A DNA stretch of 63,987 nucleotides, counting the filler, from an uncultured Methanosarcinales archaeon (GTDB lineage Archaea; Nanobdellota; Nanobdellia; Woesearchaeales; UBA12501), in assembly GCA_964397315.1 (NCBI GenBank). It is 4 parts of 4 records of this genome, joined end to end, with 100 filler letters (N's around TTAATTAATTAA, not from the genome) between each part and the next. Parts side by side here need not be neighbours in the genome. Positions count along the whole stretch, not along the records: positions 40,985 to 60,807 come from CAYNHV010000023.1; positions 60,908 to 63,987 come from CAYNHV010000059.1; 2 more parts are not named here. One strand, written 5' to 3'. The translations under genes and the position numbers were made by a program. Below are positions 54,752 through 63,962 of this stretch, one piece after another. The stretch's first letter is position 1, and every line of letters begins with the position of its first letter. The notes beneath the pieces are model-generated. The model did no database searches, was not told where the DNA came from, and worked only from the letters and a program-made list of their open reading frames with translations.

Positions 54752-54840
54752 CGTGGGACTAAAGCTTTAGCTTTATGTCCCACCGGGTTCGCTTCCGAGG
54801 GTAGTGGTGACGCTCTTCTAAATCCACCCCTCGCTATGCT
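54752..54840 (+). repeat. tRNA-associated hairpin mini-element followed by a 21-bp duplication of the tRNA-iMet 3' end
   Basis: GTGGGAC...GTCCCAC-TTCGCTTCCGAGGGTAGTGGTGACGCTC shared with 38983-39044 (reverse complement); 54820-54840 = 54713-54733. Confidence 0.8.
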
Positions 54841-54873
54841 CACCCTCTAGTGTTTTAAAAGACTCTTCCAGAA

Positions 54874-55179
54874 TCAGCTTTTCTTGAATCTTTTCCTTAT
54901 CTGGTTCTCCAGCTTGTTATAGACCTTGTGAAGTGTTCTTGCAATGTCCCAGTCCTCATACTCAGCCTCAAAAATCCTGGTGGGGGCGGAAACCTTTGCC
55001 TTTATTAGATATCTCTTCTGCCTGCCCTCTGAGTCAAATGTTTTCACGTGAAGCTCTACAGAGGTTATATTCTGGAGCTCCCTCTGAATCTTTCCGTAAT
55101 ACTCAGAGGACAGCTTGTCCACCACCCGCTTTTCTTCAGGGCTTAACTCATTAACTCCCTTGTATTGTATCTGCTCCAT
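54874..55179 (-). CDS. Standalone HPF/RaiA-like ribosome hibernation domain protein
   Basis: Fold pattern LHVK...G...RY.I...V, WD....L..V..KLE.QI. Confidence 0.6.
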   Translation of the reverse strand: MEQIQYKGVNELSPEEKRVVDKLSSEYYGKIQRELQNITSVELHVKTFDSEGRQKRYLIKAKVSAPTRIFEAEYEDWDIARTLHKVYNKLENQIRKRFKKS

Positions 55180-55301
55180 AAGTGTTGTTCTCTCATGTGA
55201 GTTTAAATATTTTTTGATAATACACAGAGGATAACAGGATTTGAACAGGGCAGCACAATGCAGCGCTTTTTTCAATAACTTTAAATAAGAAACCAGCAGA
55301 C

Positions 55302-55970
55302 ATGAGAAGAATGGCTTTGATAGCTGGAATTGAGGAAGCGGGAAGGGGCCCTGTGATAGGCCCGATGGTCATGGCAGGGGTGCTTATAGACAGCGAGCAT
55401 GAGGAAACTCTTTCATTGAATGGTGTTAAGGATTCAAAGAAGCTCAGCCCAGCGCAGCGCGAGAGGGTTTTTGAATACCTGCAGGAAGCGGCGAAGAGCA
55501 TAAAGATAATAATAATAGAGCCTCATGTGATTGATTTCTATGTTGAGTCAGAGAATAAGAACCTGAACTGGCTTGAGGCTGACAAGACAGTGGAGATAAT
55601 AGACAGCCTGAAGCCTGATGCTGCATTCATTGACTGCCCGAGCAACAACATCAACGCGTATTCCAACTACCTTAGGTCAAGAATATCCCACAAGGCAGAG
55701 CTGCACTGCTCTCACAAGGCTGACGAGCGATATCCTGTTGTCGGCGCCGCCTCAATAATAGCCAAGGTCACAAGGGACAGGGAGATAAAAAGAATAAAAA
55801 AGAGTGTGGGAGATGACTTTGGATCAGGATATCCTTCTGACCCTGCGACAAGAAGATTCCTTGAGGAGAACTGGAGCAGGTTTCCCGAAATCTTCAGGCA
55901 CAGCTGGAGCTCGTACAAGGCTTTCTCAGAAAAGAAGTCCCAGAGCAGGCTGGGGGACTTTAAGAAGTAA
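55302..55970 (+). CDS. rnhB: Ribonuclease HII
   Basis: GIEEAGRGPV.GP, DSKKL, KAD, AASI.AKV.RD, GSGYPSD. Confidence 0.93.
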   Translation: MRRMALIAGIEEAGRGPVIGPMVMAGVLIDSEHEETLSLNGVKDSKKLSPAQRERVFEYLQEAAKSIKIIIIEPHVIDFYVESENKNLNWLEADKTVEIIDSLKPDAAFIDCPSNNINAYSNYLRSRISHKAELHCSHKADERYPVVGAASIIAKVTRDREIKRIKKSVGDDFGSGYPSDPATRRFLEENWSRFPEIFRHSWSSYKAFSEKKSQSRLGDFKK

Positions 55971-56004
55971 AAAAAATCCGCAGCTTAAGCAGAGTTTTTG
56001 AAAA

Positions 56005-56074
56005 GCGGATTTTTGGAACTTTTAAAAGCCTTCATCTCCGCACTAAAGTGCGGAGCTTCCGGCTTATTAAAAGT
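56005..56074. repeat. 70-bp REP-like palindromic repeat, copy 2
   Basis: Matches 52191-52260. Confidence 0.8.
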
Positions 56075-56078
56075 AACA

Positions 56079-59000
56079 TCACTTGAGGAACCTGAACTCC
56101 GCTTTCCCGGTTGCTTCACTGCCGTGCTTGTCAGTGCACTTGACATAATAGGTGTATTCCTTTCCCTCATCAAGCTCTGGCAGGTCTGCCTTAAAGCTCC
56201 TGTACCCTGTCTTGCTCATCGTAAGGTATGAGTAGGGGTTGTCATTATAACCGCACTGCACCTCATTCTTCACTATGTCCTCGGTTATCTTCAGGGACAG
56301 GACCGCGTCCTCCGAGCTTATGACTCCTGAAGGGGAGATGTTAATTATCTTCAGCTCTTCTGCCTTGTTCAGAACATATTCAAAGCTTTTCTTGTTTATG
56401 TTTCTTGCGCTGGTGTTTTCCTCTCTGGCTTTTATGATATAATGGTGGGTTCTTCCGGTTATGTTCCTCTCAGAGCTGTTGCTGCATGATATGCTTATGT
56501 TTGTCTCGCGGCCTGCAAGCTCAACATGCTTTCCGCACAGAGTATATTCATCTCCTGAAGCGCACTGCAGGGGGGTGTTGTTCCGGGAGCTGTTGATGTT
56601 CATGCTGCACTCGGCATCCGCTCTTGTGTAAATGCGTATGTCAACCCCGCTCATGTTCAGCTCAACAGTGTCCGCTCCTGAAAGGGCTTCTTCAAAGGTG
56701 ATATTCACGCTCCTGTTACCAGCCTTAGCCCTTTCAGGATTTCCATCCACAAGCTTGTTTTCCTCCCCCCTTATTATTCTGAGAGTGTAATTGCCTATTC
56801 TCCTGTCAAACTGGGTTGGCGGCTTCAGCAGCCCTGTACACTTGTAAATGCCCAGCTCTTTCCTGTCTGAAGGCTTGCAGGCTCCGAGCCTCTGCATCTT
56901 CTCAAAGCTGATGTCATCAAGAGAGTGCCTGAATTCCTTCCTGTCATCAGTGTATATGCTGAGCTCAACTTCAGATGTGTTTATGTCAAGCCTGATGATG
57001 TCAAGCATTCCCTCCTGAATTCCCACAGAGGAGCTGTTGATGATAACATAATCTGACAGGCTGGCGTTGGTCTCGTTTGCTTCGCTGTTAATTTCGCTTT
57101 CTGGTTTTAAGGATGCTGATGAGGTATTTGACTCCATTATCTCAAGAGAGAACTCCTCTGTCTGGGGCGGGTGGTCCGCGCACCTTATGAATATCCTGTT
57201 CTTTGAGTAAGGCACTTCAAACTCTCCCCTGCACTCATAAGTTCCTCCTGCGGCAGGGCTGAGCTGGTAGCTGCCTGCAGGGCATGATAAGGAGTTGTTC
57301 ATGTGCTCATAATCAGTGTCAAGATAGCTGAATCTGCACTCAGCAGGCTCGTCAAGGTACAGCCTTGATTCTATGCGCTCAAGAGAGGGGCTTATCCTGC
57401 TGTTGTTGGCAGGCACTGTCTGTATGAATCTCGGAGGCTCGCTGTCCTCATAACCATAATCCACAGTAAACTTGAGAAATATCTGGTTCTTGTTCCTGTT
57501 TCCTGCCCTGTCAGTGCAGTCAAAGAAAAGATAGTAGCCGCCCTTGTCAAACTGCTTCAGCAGGGCCCTTACCACAAGGTCAACATTATAGGCTGCCCGG
57601 TCAAGCATCTCGGATATGCTGTTCACCTTGGGCATGAGCTGTTCTGTGATGTCAGCTCCGGTGAGCTTGTTATATGCTTCAATGCCTGGGCCTAGGTTTT
57701 TCATGAGAGAGTCCATTGCCTGCCTGGCATTGTAGAACAATTCAAGAACCCCTCCTGATGAGCTCAGGTTTACTGCATCCATTATTTTCTCGGGAACCTC
57801 AAGCTTGGGAGGTATTCTTATTGTCATGTTGTGCTTCTCCCTGAACACAGAGTCACCCAGCATTACAGTCTGGAGGCTGTAATCCTCAATCCTGGGGCTT
57901 AAGCTGACAGTGCATCTTACCTCCTCGCTTGCTTTCACCCCAAAAGTAAATGGCTTGTGGGGCTTTACAGGCTCAATTATCCTGTAGCCATGGTAAGAGC
58001 CAAGAGTTGAGGACTCCAGGCTGTACTCAGGAGGTATTGCATCCTTGTCAATCTCAACAACCGGGCGGGAGAAATCAACTATTGACGCTCTCCTGCAGAC
58101 AGGAACTCCTTCCTTCATCTCAAATATGCATTCCGAGCTTATGCTCCTGCATCTGTACTCAGAGCAGGGCCTTGAGGGATCCTCAGAGCACTTGCTGCAG
58201 TCGCCCTTCTCAGGAGGAACCCAGAGCCTGCAGATTGAGAAATCCCTGATTTTAGGAATCCTGTGGCTTAAGAAAGGGTTTGAGTAGGAGCTTGGATTAA
58301 GCCCTGAGAGCTGGCTGAAGAAGTTTGACAGCGAGCTTATGAAGAGGGGCATTGTTCCTGCGCTGGATTTCGGAGAGCTCAGAACATCACTCATTGCTTT
58401 CTGGAATCCAAGCGTGAGTTTCCAGCCTGTGCCGTTAGGCAGAGGATTCCTGTTGAGGCCCCCAGGAGGATATGCGCTTTCATTCACTTTCTTCAGCATG
58501 TCTGTCTCATAAAATCCACCTTCTGAGAGCTGGTCATTGATGTTCCTGTAATTGCCGCAGTCGCCCTGTGAATAACAGTATTCTGCTGCGCTGTCAAGCC
58601 AGGGCTGGGGGCAGCTAAGCCCGTTGCATTCCTTCTCCTGATTTCCTCTCAGGCATATGTCAGCCCCCTCATTCTCCCAGAACCTCAGGCCAGGAGGAAC
58701 CTCAGGAATGCATTTGCCCTCTGTCTCAAGCGAGGAGTCCCAGTAACAATCCCTGTGTCTCTCGTCCTCGCAGCAGGTTTTTGTGTCGCATTCAAAGCAT
58801 GTATGCCACCTGTTCTCCCTGCAGACTGCTTCTGATGTTCTGTTCTCTGTCCTTTCTGTGCAAAGCTCTTCCCTGTAATCCCTGCACCCCTCTGTGTAGA
58901 TTGTGCCGTTTATGCAGCTGAGCTTGTAATGCCTTGAGCCCACATAATCCATGCCCTCTCCTGTTATGGTATCATAAGAGCACCATGACTCGCCGTGCTC

Positions 59001-59996
59001 CCTTCCTGCCTCAGGACAGTCAAGGCACCCTTCTCCGGAGCAGGGGTCTTTCGGCTCGTAAGAGTAAGAGCAGCTGCACTCAATGTTAGGGTTGTATTCT
59101 CCCTGGAGCTCTATGCACCTGAGAGGGTCTGTGTTCTTGAAGCACATTCCGCTCTCCCTGTCCATGCAGCACCCGTAATAGTGCTTTTTTTCGCCCACAA
59201 AGCTTCCTGCAGTGGGGAATGACTGCCGGGCAAACTGAAACTTGTAGCCGTTCTTCTCAAGAGTATAGACTGTGTCAGGATAAGGCCTGCGCTTTTGTAT
59301 GAGAACATCCGCGCCGTTCTCAGCCATCCACTTGTCCTTGTTGAAGCTGCCATGGGTTATCTCGCTGTTCACTATGCTCTCTGCAAGGTAGTAAAGCCTT
59401 CCCAGGGGATAATCCATGGTTGAGGAGAATTCCTTGACGCTTGTCGTGCTCTCTCCCTGCACGAATCTCACAGGATAATTGAGATTAACTACAACGTCGT
59501 CCTTTGCTATCTCCACATCAACCTCCATGTTTCCTGTCTTTATCTCGTCAGCGAACCTGCTGAAAGGGGACATGTCAATGCACCCTTCCAGCCTTGTTTT
59601 TATCTCCCTGGAAAGCTCGTATTCCATGGCTGATCTTGTCAGCATTGAGTTAACACAGGCATAATCAATCTCAAAGCCTTCTGTGTAGCACAGGTAGCTT
59701 ACCCGCGTCCTGTTGTAGTACATTGAGCTGGACTCCATGGGATAGAGGGTTCCGCCGTGCATTCCAATGTCCAGCACAGGCTCTTCTGATTCCTGCGCAA
59801 TGCAGTTTCTCACGTATGAGCTGAAAGCAGATTCAATATCAGGCCGTCCAAGCTCGCCTTTCTTGAGCTCAAGGGGCTGTTTTGCTGAGATGTATATGAC
59901 ATAGGAGGTAGCTGAGAGAAGAAGCAGGACCACAATCCCTATGATTATAAAAGGAGTTATCTGTGCGCGGGTGCAGAACCTCTTTTTTAAAGCCAT
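56079..59996 (-). CDS. Large Cys-rich surface protein with class III signal peptide
   Basis: RA|QITPFII followed by a TM; Cys-rich modules; Ig-like C-terminal repeats (C.D..GN). Confidence 0.8.
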   Translation of the reverse strand: MALKKRFCTRAQITPFIIIGIVVLLLLSATSYVIYISAKQPLELKKGELGRPDIESAFSSYVRNCIAQESEEPVLDIGMHGGTLYPMESSSMYYNRTRVSYLCYTEGFEIDYACVNSMLTRSAMEYELSREIKTRLEGCIDMSPFSRFADEIKTGNMEVDVEIAKDDVVVNLNYPVRFVQGESTTSVKEFSSTMDYPLGRLYYLAESIVNSEITHGSFNKDKWMAENGADVLIQKRRPYPDTVYTLEKNGYKFQFARQSFPTAGSFVGEKKHYYGCCMDRESGMCFKNTDPLRCIELQGEYNPNIECSCSYSYEPKDPCSGEGCLDCPEAGREHGESWCSYDTITGEGMDYVGSRHYKLSCINGTIYTEGCRDYREELCTERTENRTSEAVCRENRWHTCFECDTKTCCEDERHRDCYWDSSLETEGKCIPEVPPGLRFWENEGADICLRGNQEKECNGLSCPQPWLDSAAEYCYSQGDCGNYRNINDQLSEGGFYETDMLKKVNESAYPPGGLNRNPLPNGTGWKLTLGFQKAMSDVLSSPKSSAGTMPLFISSLSNFFSQLSGLNPSSYSNPFLSHRIPKIRDFSICRLWVPPEKGDCSKCSEDPSRPCSEYRCRSISSECIFEMKEGVPVCRRASIVDFSRPVVEIDKDAIPPEYSLESSTLGSYHGYRIIEPVKPHKPFTFGVKASEEVRCTVSLSPRIEDYSLQTVMLGDSVFREKHNMTIRIPPKLEVPEKIMDAVNLSSSGGVLELFYNARQAMDSLMKNLGPGIEAYNKLTGADITEQLMPKVNSISEMLDRAAYNVDLVVRALLKQFDKGGYYLFFDCTDRAGNRNKNQIFLKFTVDYGYEDSEPPRFIQTVPANNSRISPSLERIESRLYLDEPAECRFSYLDTDYEHMNNSLSCPAGSYQLSPAAGGTYECRGEFEVPYSKNRIFIRCADHPPQTEEFSLEIMESNTSSASLKPESEINSEANETNASLSDYVIINSSSVGIQEGMLDIIRLDINTSEVELSIYTDDRKEFRHSLDDISFEKMQRLGACKPSDRKELGIYKCTGLLKPPTQFDRRIGNYTLRIIRGEENKLVDGNPERAKAGNRSVNITFEEALSGADTVELNMSGVDIRIYTRADAECSMNINSSRNNTPLQCASGDEYTLCGKHVELAGRETNISISCSNSSERNITGRTHHYIIKAREENTSARNINKKSFEYVLNKAEELKIINISPSGVISSEDAVLSLKITEDIVKNEVQCGYNDNPYSYLTMSKTGYRSFKADLPELDEGKEYTYYVKCTDKHGSEATGKAEFRFLK

Positions 59997-60120
59997 GGCA
60001 GTTATTTGTTAAAGAAGGTATATAAAAGTTGTGCTATAAAACAGGACAGAATCATCTCCATGCATTGCCACCGCCATGTTTAGATCAAGGCGCGATAGGG
60101 TTCATGTAAAACTGGTAATC

Positions 60121-60328
60121 TCTCCAGGATTTACCACCTCCCTCTTTAGAGTTACAATCGCTTCGCCCGCCTCCCACCCATATACACAACTTGAGAGCAC
60201 CAACCTAGCCAGAGCGCACCCCAGCATATTACTGGGCTGGCTTATTAGAGGCAGGAGCTGGGAGTTGTGCTTTTCCAGAAGGTGTAAGCCTGCTAAGTGG
60301 TTCTGCAGAAAGGGTGGGAAGTACTATG
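60121..60328 (+). repeat. ~210-nt dispersed structured repeat, copy B
   Basis: CCAGAGCGC...GGCTTATTAGAGGCAGGAGCTGGGAGTTGTGC...GTAAGCC...AAGGGTGGGAAGTAC. Confidence 0.75.
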
Positions 60329-60356
60329 ATTAAAAGCCCCCCCACCCCCTAAATAT

Positions 60357-60580
60357 TTTGATTAATCCAGACCTGACCTCCGCCCCCAGCCGCATTTACA
60401 TATGGATAAAGCCCTCCCGCCACCCCCCCACATATGCTAATTGCACAAACACCAACCAGAGCGCACCTGAGCAAATTACTGGGCAGGGCTTATTAGAGGC
60501 AGGAGCTGGGAGTTGTGCAGACTTAGAAGAAAGTAACCTGCTGTTTGGTTGTGGAATAAGGGAGGGAATCACCATGAGGG
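60357..60580 (+). repeat. ~210-nt dispersed structured repeat, copy C
   Basis: TTTTGATTAATCCAGAC start identical to copy A; same core as copy B. Confidence 0.75.
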
Positions 60581-60807
60581 CCCGGCAAAAACAGACATGA
60601 CCGAGGTTGGTGCGAAATTCCTAATATTTATATATAAACCAGTATTCTGCTTAGAAAAGGGTGGTTGGGACAGAGCCCCTGTGAGGAGGTGACCCAACCA
60701 TGAAATGTAAAAGGAAGAAAAGAGCCGGATATTATAAATATTACGAAAGAGCGTATGTGCATAGCTAATAATTCTTAGATTTTTATCAATTATATCCTTT
60801 AGTACAA

Positions 60808-60907
60808 NNNNNNNNNNNNNNNNNNNNNNNNNNNNNNNNNNNNNNNNNNNNTTAATTAATTAANNNNNNNNNNNNNNNNNNNNNNNNNNNNNNNNNNNNN
60901 NNNNNNN
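60808..60907. other. Assembly junction (N + TTAATTAATTAA linker)
   Basis: N run with the linker at 60852-60863. Confidence 0.97.
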
Positions 60908-60974
60908 CATACGGCTTCAGAGATTTAGAGTATTTTAAGCTGAAAATACTCCAAACATGCGGCTTAATGAATCA

Positions 60975-61148
60975 TCAAAATGGCTGAAGAGCCAGATTAT
61001 TAAATCCAGATTTTTTAGTCTGAGAGTACTTAAGATTTACACCAAACCATTTCTTTGCGTATCTTATTTTTGCATTTATACCATGAGCCAGAACTCCATC
61101 AAAATCAAGGCCAATGTTTATGTTTTTCGCAATATGCTCATTTCTCAC
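60975..61148 (-). pseudogene. Truncated HAD-family phosphatase (motif I only)
   Basis: GTG start overlapping the kinase stop; IGLDFDGVL motif; stops after 57 aa. Confidence 0.55.
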
Positions 61149-61752
61149 TCTTCACAGCCTCACAGCTAATATTTATCATGCTCTCTTTATTGTTGCAATT
61201 ATAAAGCTTGACAGCATTGTTCTTCCTGTCAAATCTTATTATCCTCCTGCTCTTCAGCTCTGTCTCATCAAGGGGTTCAAACTGGGTGTTCATTATGCTG
61301 TACTGCTTCCACTCGCACAAGATATTGTCCCATATATTGTGATCTTTTTTCCTCTCATCAAGCATACTCTTTATCTCTTTCTCGTCATCAAACTCAACCC
61401 ACAGGATGATAAGACCTGACTTCTCTTTTCTGCAAAGCTCATAAACCCATTCCCTTCTCTTCCTGTTGTGGAATGTGGCATCAAGTATTGGAATGTAGCC
61501 TGCGGAGATGGATCTTGCTGCCAGCTTGCACATTGCCCTGTAAGAGTCGTCTTTCTCTCTTCTTGTTTTTTCTATTCTCTCATCTATAAGCTCTTCAGGG
61601 TTTTTCAGGACTTTGTCTCCTTTCCCGTATCTTGTGGCAACAGACTTGATTATCTCTGCTTTAATCCCTTTTTTCTCAAGAGCTTCCTTAATTTTAGCTG
61701 CTGCTGTTGACTTTCCTGCCAAGGGCAGGCCGTGTATCATGAGGATATCCAT
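61138..61752 (-). CDS. P-loop kinase (AAA_33 family)
   Basis: HGLPLAGKST, ILDATF. Confidence 0.85.
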   Translation of the reverse strand: MDILMIHGLPLAGKSTAAAKIKEALEKKGIKAEIIKSVATRYGKGDKVLKNPEELIDERIEKTRREKDDSYRAMCKLAARSISAGYIPILDATFHNRKRREWVYELCRKEKSGLIILWVEFDDEKEIKSMLDERKKDHNIWDNILCEWKQYSIMNTQFEPLDETELKSRRIIRFDRKNNAVKLYNCNNKESMINISCEAVKSEK

Positions 61753-61825
61753 CCTGGTTAGGGCTTATAGGGAATATATAAATTTTTATATGTGTGTATG
61801 CCGGTTATTTCAGAAATTTAACATC

Positions 61826-62836
61826 TTACTGCTTCAAAATCCCCTTAAGAAATCCTGCAGCATAGAGAAAGTGCTGCATTGGCAGCAGGAAGAGGCTTGT
61901 CATTGAGTAGGCCAGCCTTGTCCTCTGCATTACGCTTATAGCTGTCATTATGTCTGCTGCAGCATACATTCCAAGAATGAATGCAAGGCTCATTAGCGCG
62001 CCAATGCTGTAGAAAGAGGCTATGATCAGCCCCACAAGGACAACAAGCGCAGCTGAGGGCATGAAACCATACCATCTTGTGCTGATGAACTCCTTTTCAG
62101 GGTGCTTCCTGAATATTTTTGCTGTTGCCTCTCCATACTTGAACATCCTTCTTATGAATCCTTTCAGGCTGTTTGTCCTGTGGTGCCAGACTATTGCATC
62201 AGGTGTTGCCAGAAACCTCACCCCTTTTTTTGCAAGCCTGTAGTTGAGCTCTCCGTCCTGGCCAACCATGAGGCTCTCATCCTGTTTCTCTTTCTTCCAG
62301 AGCTCTCTCCTGTACATTGCATTGCATGTCGGAAGCGATGGCACTATCTGCTCCTCCCTAACTATCGCAACCTGTGCAGAGCCCCCTCCTCCAATGAGTG
62401 TCTGCTCCATTGCCCCTATTGTCTTTGCCAGCTTGTTGTCTGACTTTGGCACGAGATTGAGGCCGCCTATAACCCCTATATCCTTCTCATCCTTCTGAAC
62501 CTGCTCCATTCTCTCCACAAGAGTTCTAATCCATTTCTTTTCAGCGACGCAGTCAGCGTCTGTGAAGGCAAGATATTTTGCTTTGCTGCTGGCCTTTGAA
62601 ACGCCGAGATTCCGGTTTGCTGCAGCGCCTGCCTTGCTTGACCGCAGCACTTTTACCATTCCCTTGTATGTTTTTAATGCCTTCCTGACCCCCTCAGTCA
62701 CGTTCTTGTCTGTCACGATTATTATCTCGCGCCTGTTTTTTGGGTAGTCAAGCTCAAGAAGAGAGGCTATGCATGCTGTTATGTACCTGTACTCGTTTTT
62801 CACAGGCACTATTATGGATACAAAAGGCACCATCAT
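61826..62836 (-). CDS. Glycosyltransferase family 2
   Basis: VSIIVP..NE, FTDAD, C-terminal TMs. Confidence 0.92.
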   Translation of the reverse strand: MMVPFVSIIVPVKNEYRYITACIASLLELDYPKNRREIIIVTDKNVTEGVRKALKTYKGMVKVLRSSKAGAAANRNLGVSKASSKAKYLAFTDADCVAEKKWIRTLVERMEQVQKDEKDIGVIGGLNLVPKSDNKLAKTIGAMEQTLIGGGGSAQVAIVREEQIVPSLPTCNAMYRRELWKKEKQDESLMVGQDGELNYRLAKKGVRFLATPDAIVWHHRTNSLKGFIRRMFKYGEATAKIFRKHPEKEFISTRWYGFMPSAALVVLVGLIIASFYSIGALMSLAFILGMYAAADIMTAISVMQRTRLAYSMTSLFLLPMQHFLYAAGFLKGILKQ

Positions 62837-62893
62837 TGGTTTTTAACCCTCATGTTTATATAAAATTTGCGATAACCCTAATGTCGGCGGTGC

Positions 62894-63925
62894 TTACTGG
62901 CAGGATTTGTCAAGCTTCCTGTATGTGTTGATTATCTTTTCCCTTATTCCCAGCGGCAGCAGGAATATGCTTTTTTCTGCAATAGTGAAGGCAAGGCCCA
63001 GAAGGCATCCTGGCAGGCTCTTTATTCTGATGAGAACACTGCATGGTCTGAACTTTTTTTTGTATCCCATTTCCTCCCCTGTTTTTCCGCATATGCACTC
63101 TGCTGTTCTCACTTCTCCACTGCTCATCCCCTTTTTCCAGATTCCTGCTCTTCCGGGGTCTACTGGCGAGGAAAGCTTTTTTGTCCACTCAAAGACGTGC
63201 TTTGGATTCTTGTGGAATTCAAGCATTGTCCTGTCATATCCTATTCCCAGGAATGAGCACACCCTCTTCAGCTCTTTCTCAGGCTTTTCCAGAAGGTCTT
63301 CAAATCTCAGTAACATTGTCCTTCCAGGATGCTTCTCTGCAATCCCCAGTATGCGCTTGTTATAGTCCTTCCACCTCCTTGCAAGGCCCGCTGTGCTGTT
63401 AAGGTCAAAGCTCACCTTCTTGAAAGAGAGTATGTTGTCCCTGTAATCCCTTGTCATGCATACAAACCTTGCTTTTGGGAATATGCTCATGAGCTCTTCA
63501 ATGAAAAGGGTGTAGGTAGGGTTCTTGTCTCCCAGAAGAAGGGCGTCTTTTTTCCTCTCTGCTTCTGCCTGGTTTGAGTATACAATCATGCATCTCTCAG
63601 CAAAGCCCTTTCTGCTGTCCGTCTCCAGCAGCTCCTTTTTCAGCTTCTTCCTGTCAAGGCTCCACCACTGGGAGAGCCTTCTTTCCTTCCAGAGGTCATT
63701 GTAGAATTCAAGCGAATCCTTTTTGTTCCATGCTTTCTTTCTCCTGTACTTCCTGTGAAGGTTCATGACAAACATTCCTTCAGGAGCCACGCACACCCCT
63801 GGGTGGGTGTTGAGCATGGACTGCAGAAGCCAGGTGCCTGACCTTCCCCTACCCACTATGAAGAACAATCCCTTCCCTTTCCTGCTGCTCTTGTTCCCCG
63901 CCTTTTTAGCTTTTTTGCGCTTCAT
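62894..63925 (-). CDS. Sulfotransferase family protein
   Basis: VG.GRSGT (5'-PSB), DKNP, RD.RD...S (3'-PB), FEDL. Confidence 0.9.
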   Translation of the reverse strand: MKRKKAKKAGNKSSRKGKGLFFIVGRGRSGTWLLQSMLNTHPGVCVAPEGMFVMNLHRKYRRKKAWNKKDSLEFYNDLWKERRLSQWWSLDRKKLKKELLETDSRKGFAERCMIVYSNQAEAERKKDALLLGDKNPTYTLFIEELMSIFPKARFVCMTRDYRDNILSFKKVSFDLNSTAGLARRWKDYNKRILGIAEKHPGRTMLLRFEDLLEKPEKELKRVCSFLGIGYDRTMLEFHKNPKHVFEWTKKLSSPVDPGRAGIWKKGMSSGEVRTAECICGKTGEEMGYKKKFRPCSVLIRIKSLPGCLLGLAFTIAEKSIFLLPLGIREKIINTYRKLDKSCQ

Positions 63926-63931
63926 TCTCGG

Positions 63932-63962
63932 TTTTTATTGAAAATGGCGCAAAGCCATTTTC
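63932..63962. repeat. 31-bp hairpin repeat identical to 2958-2988
   Basis: TTTTTATTGAAAATGGCGCAAAGCCATTTTC. Confidence 0.8.

Noticed and set aside
25927..60600. Small ORF family 'MINPDLT...' (25927-26154, 60076-60333, 60358-60600)
   Set aside because: Similarity shifts between reading frames across copies, so conservation is at nucleotide level and these are not called as CDS.
20824..60907. TTAATTAATTAA palindrome flanked by Ns, occurring three times
   Set aside because: Artificial six-frame-stop linker used to join contigs; not biological.
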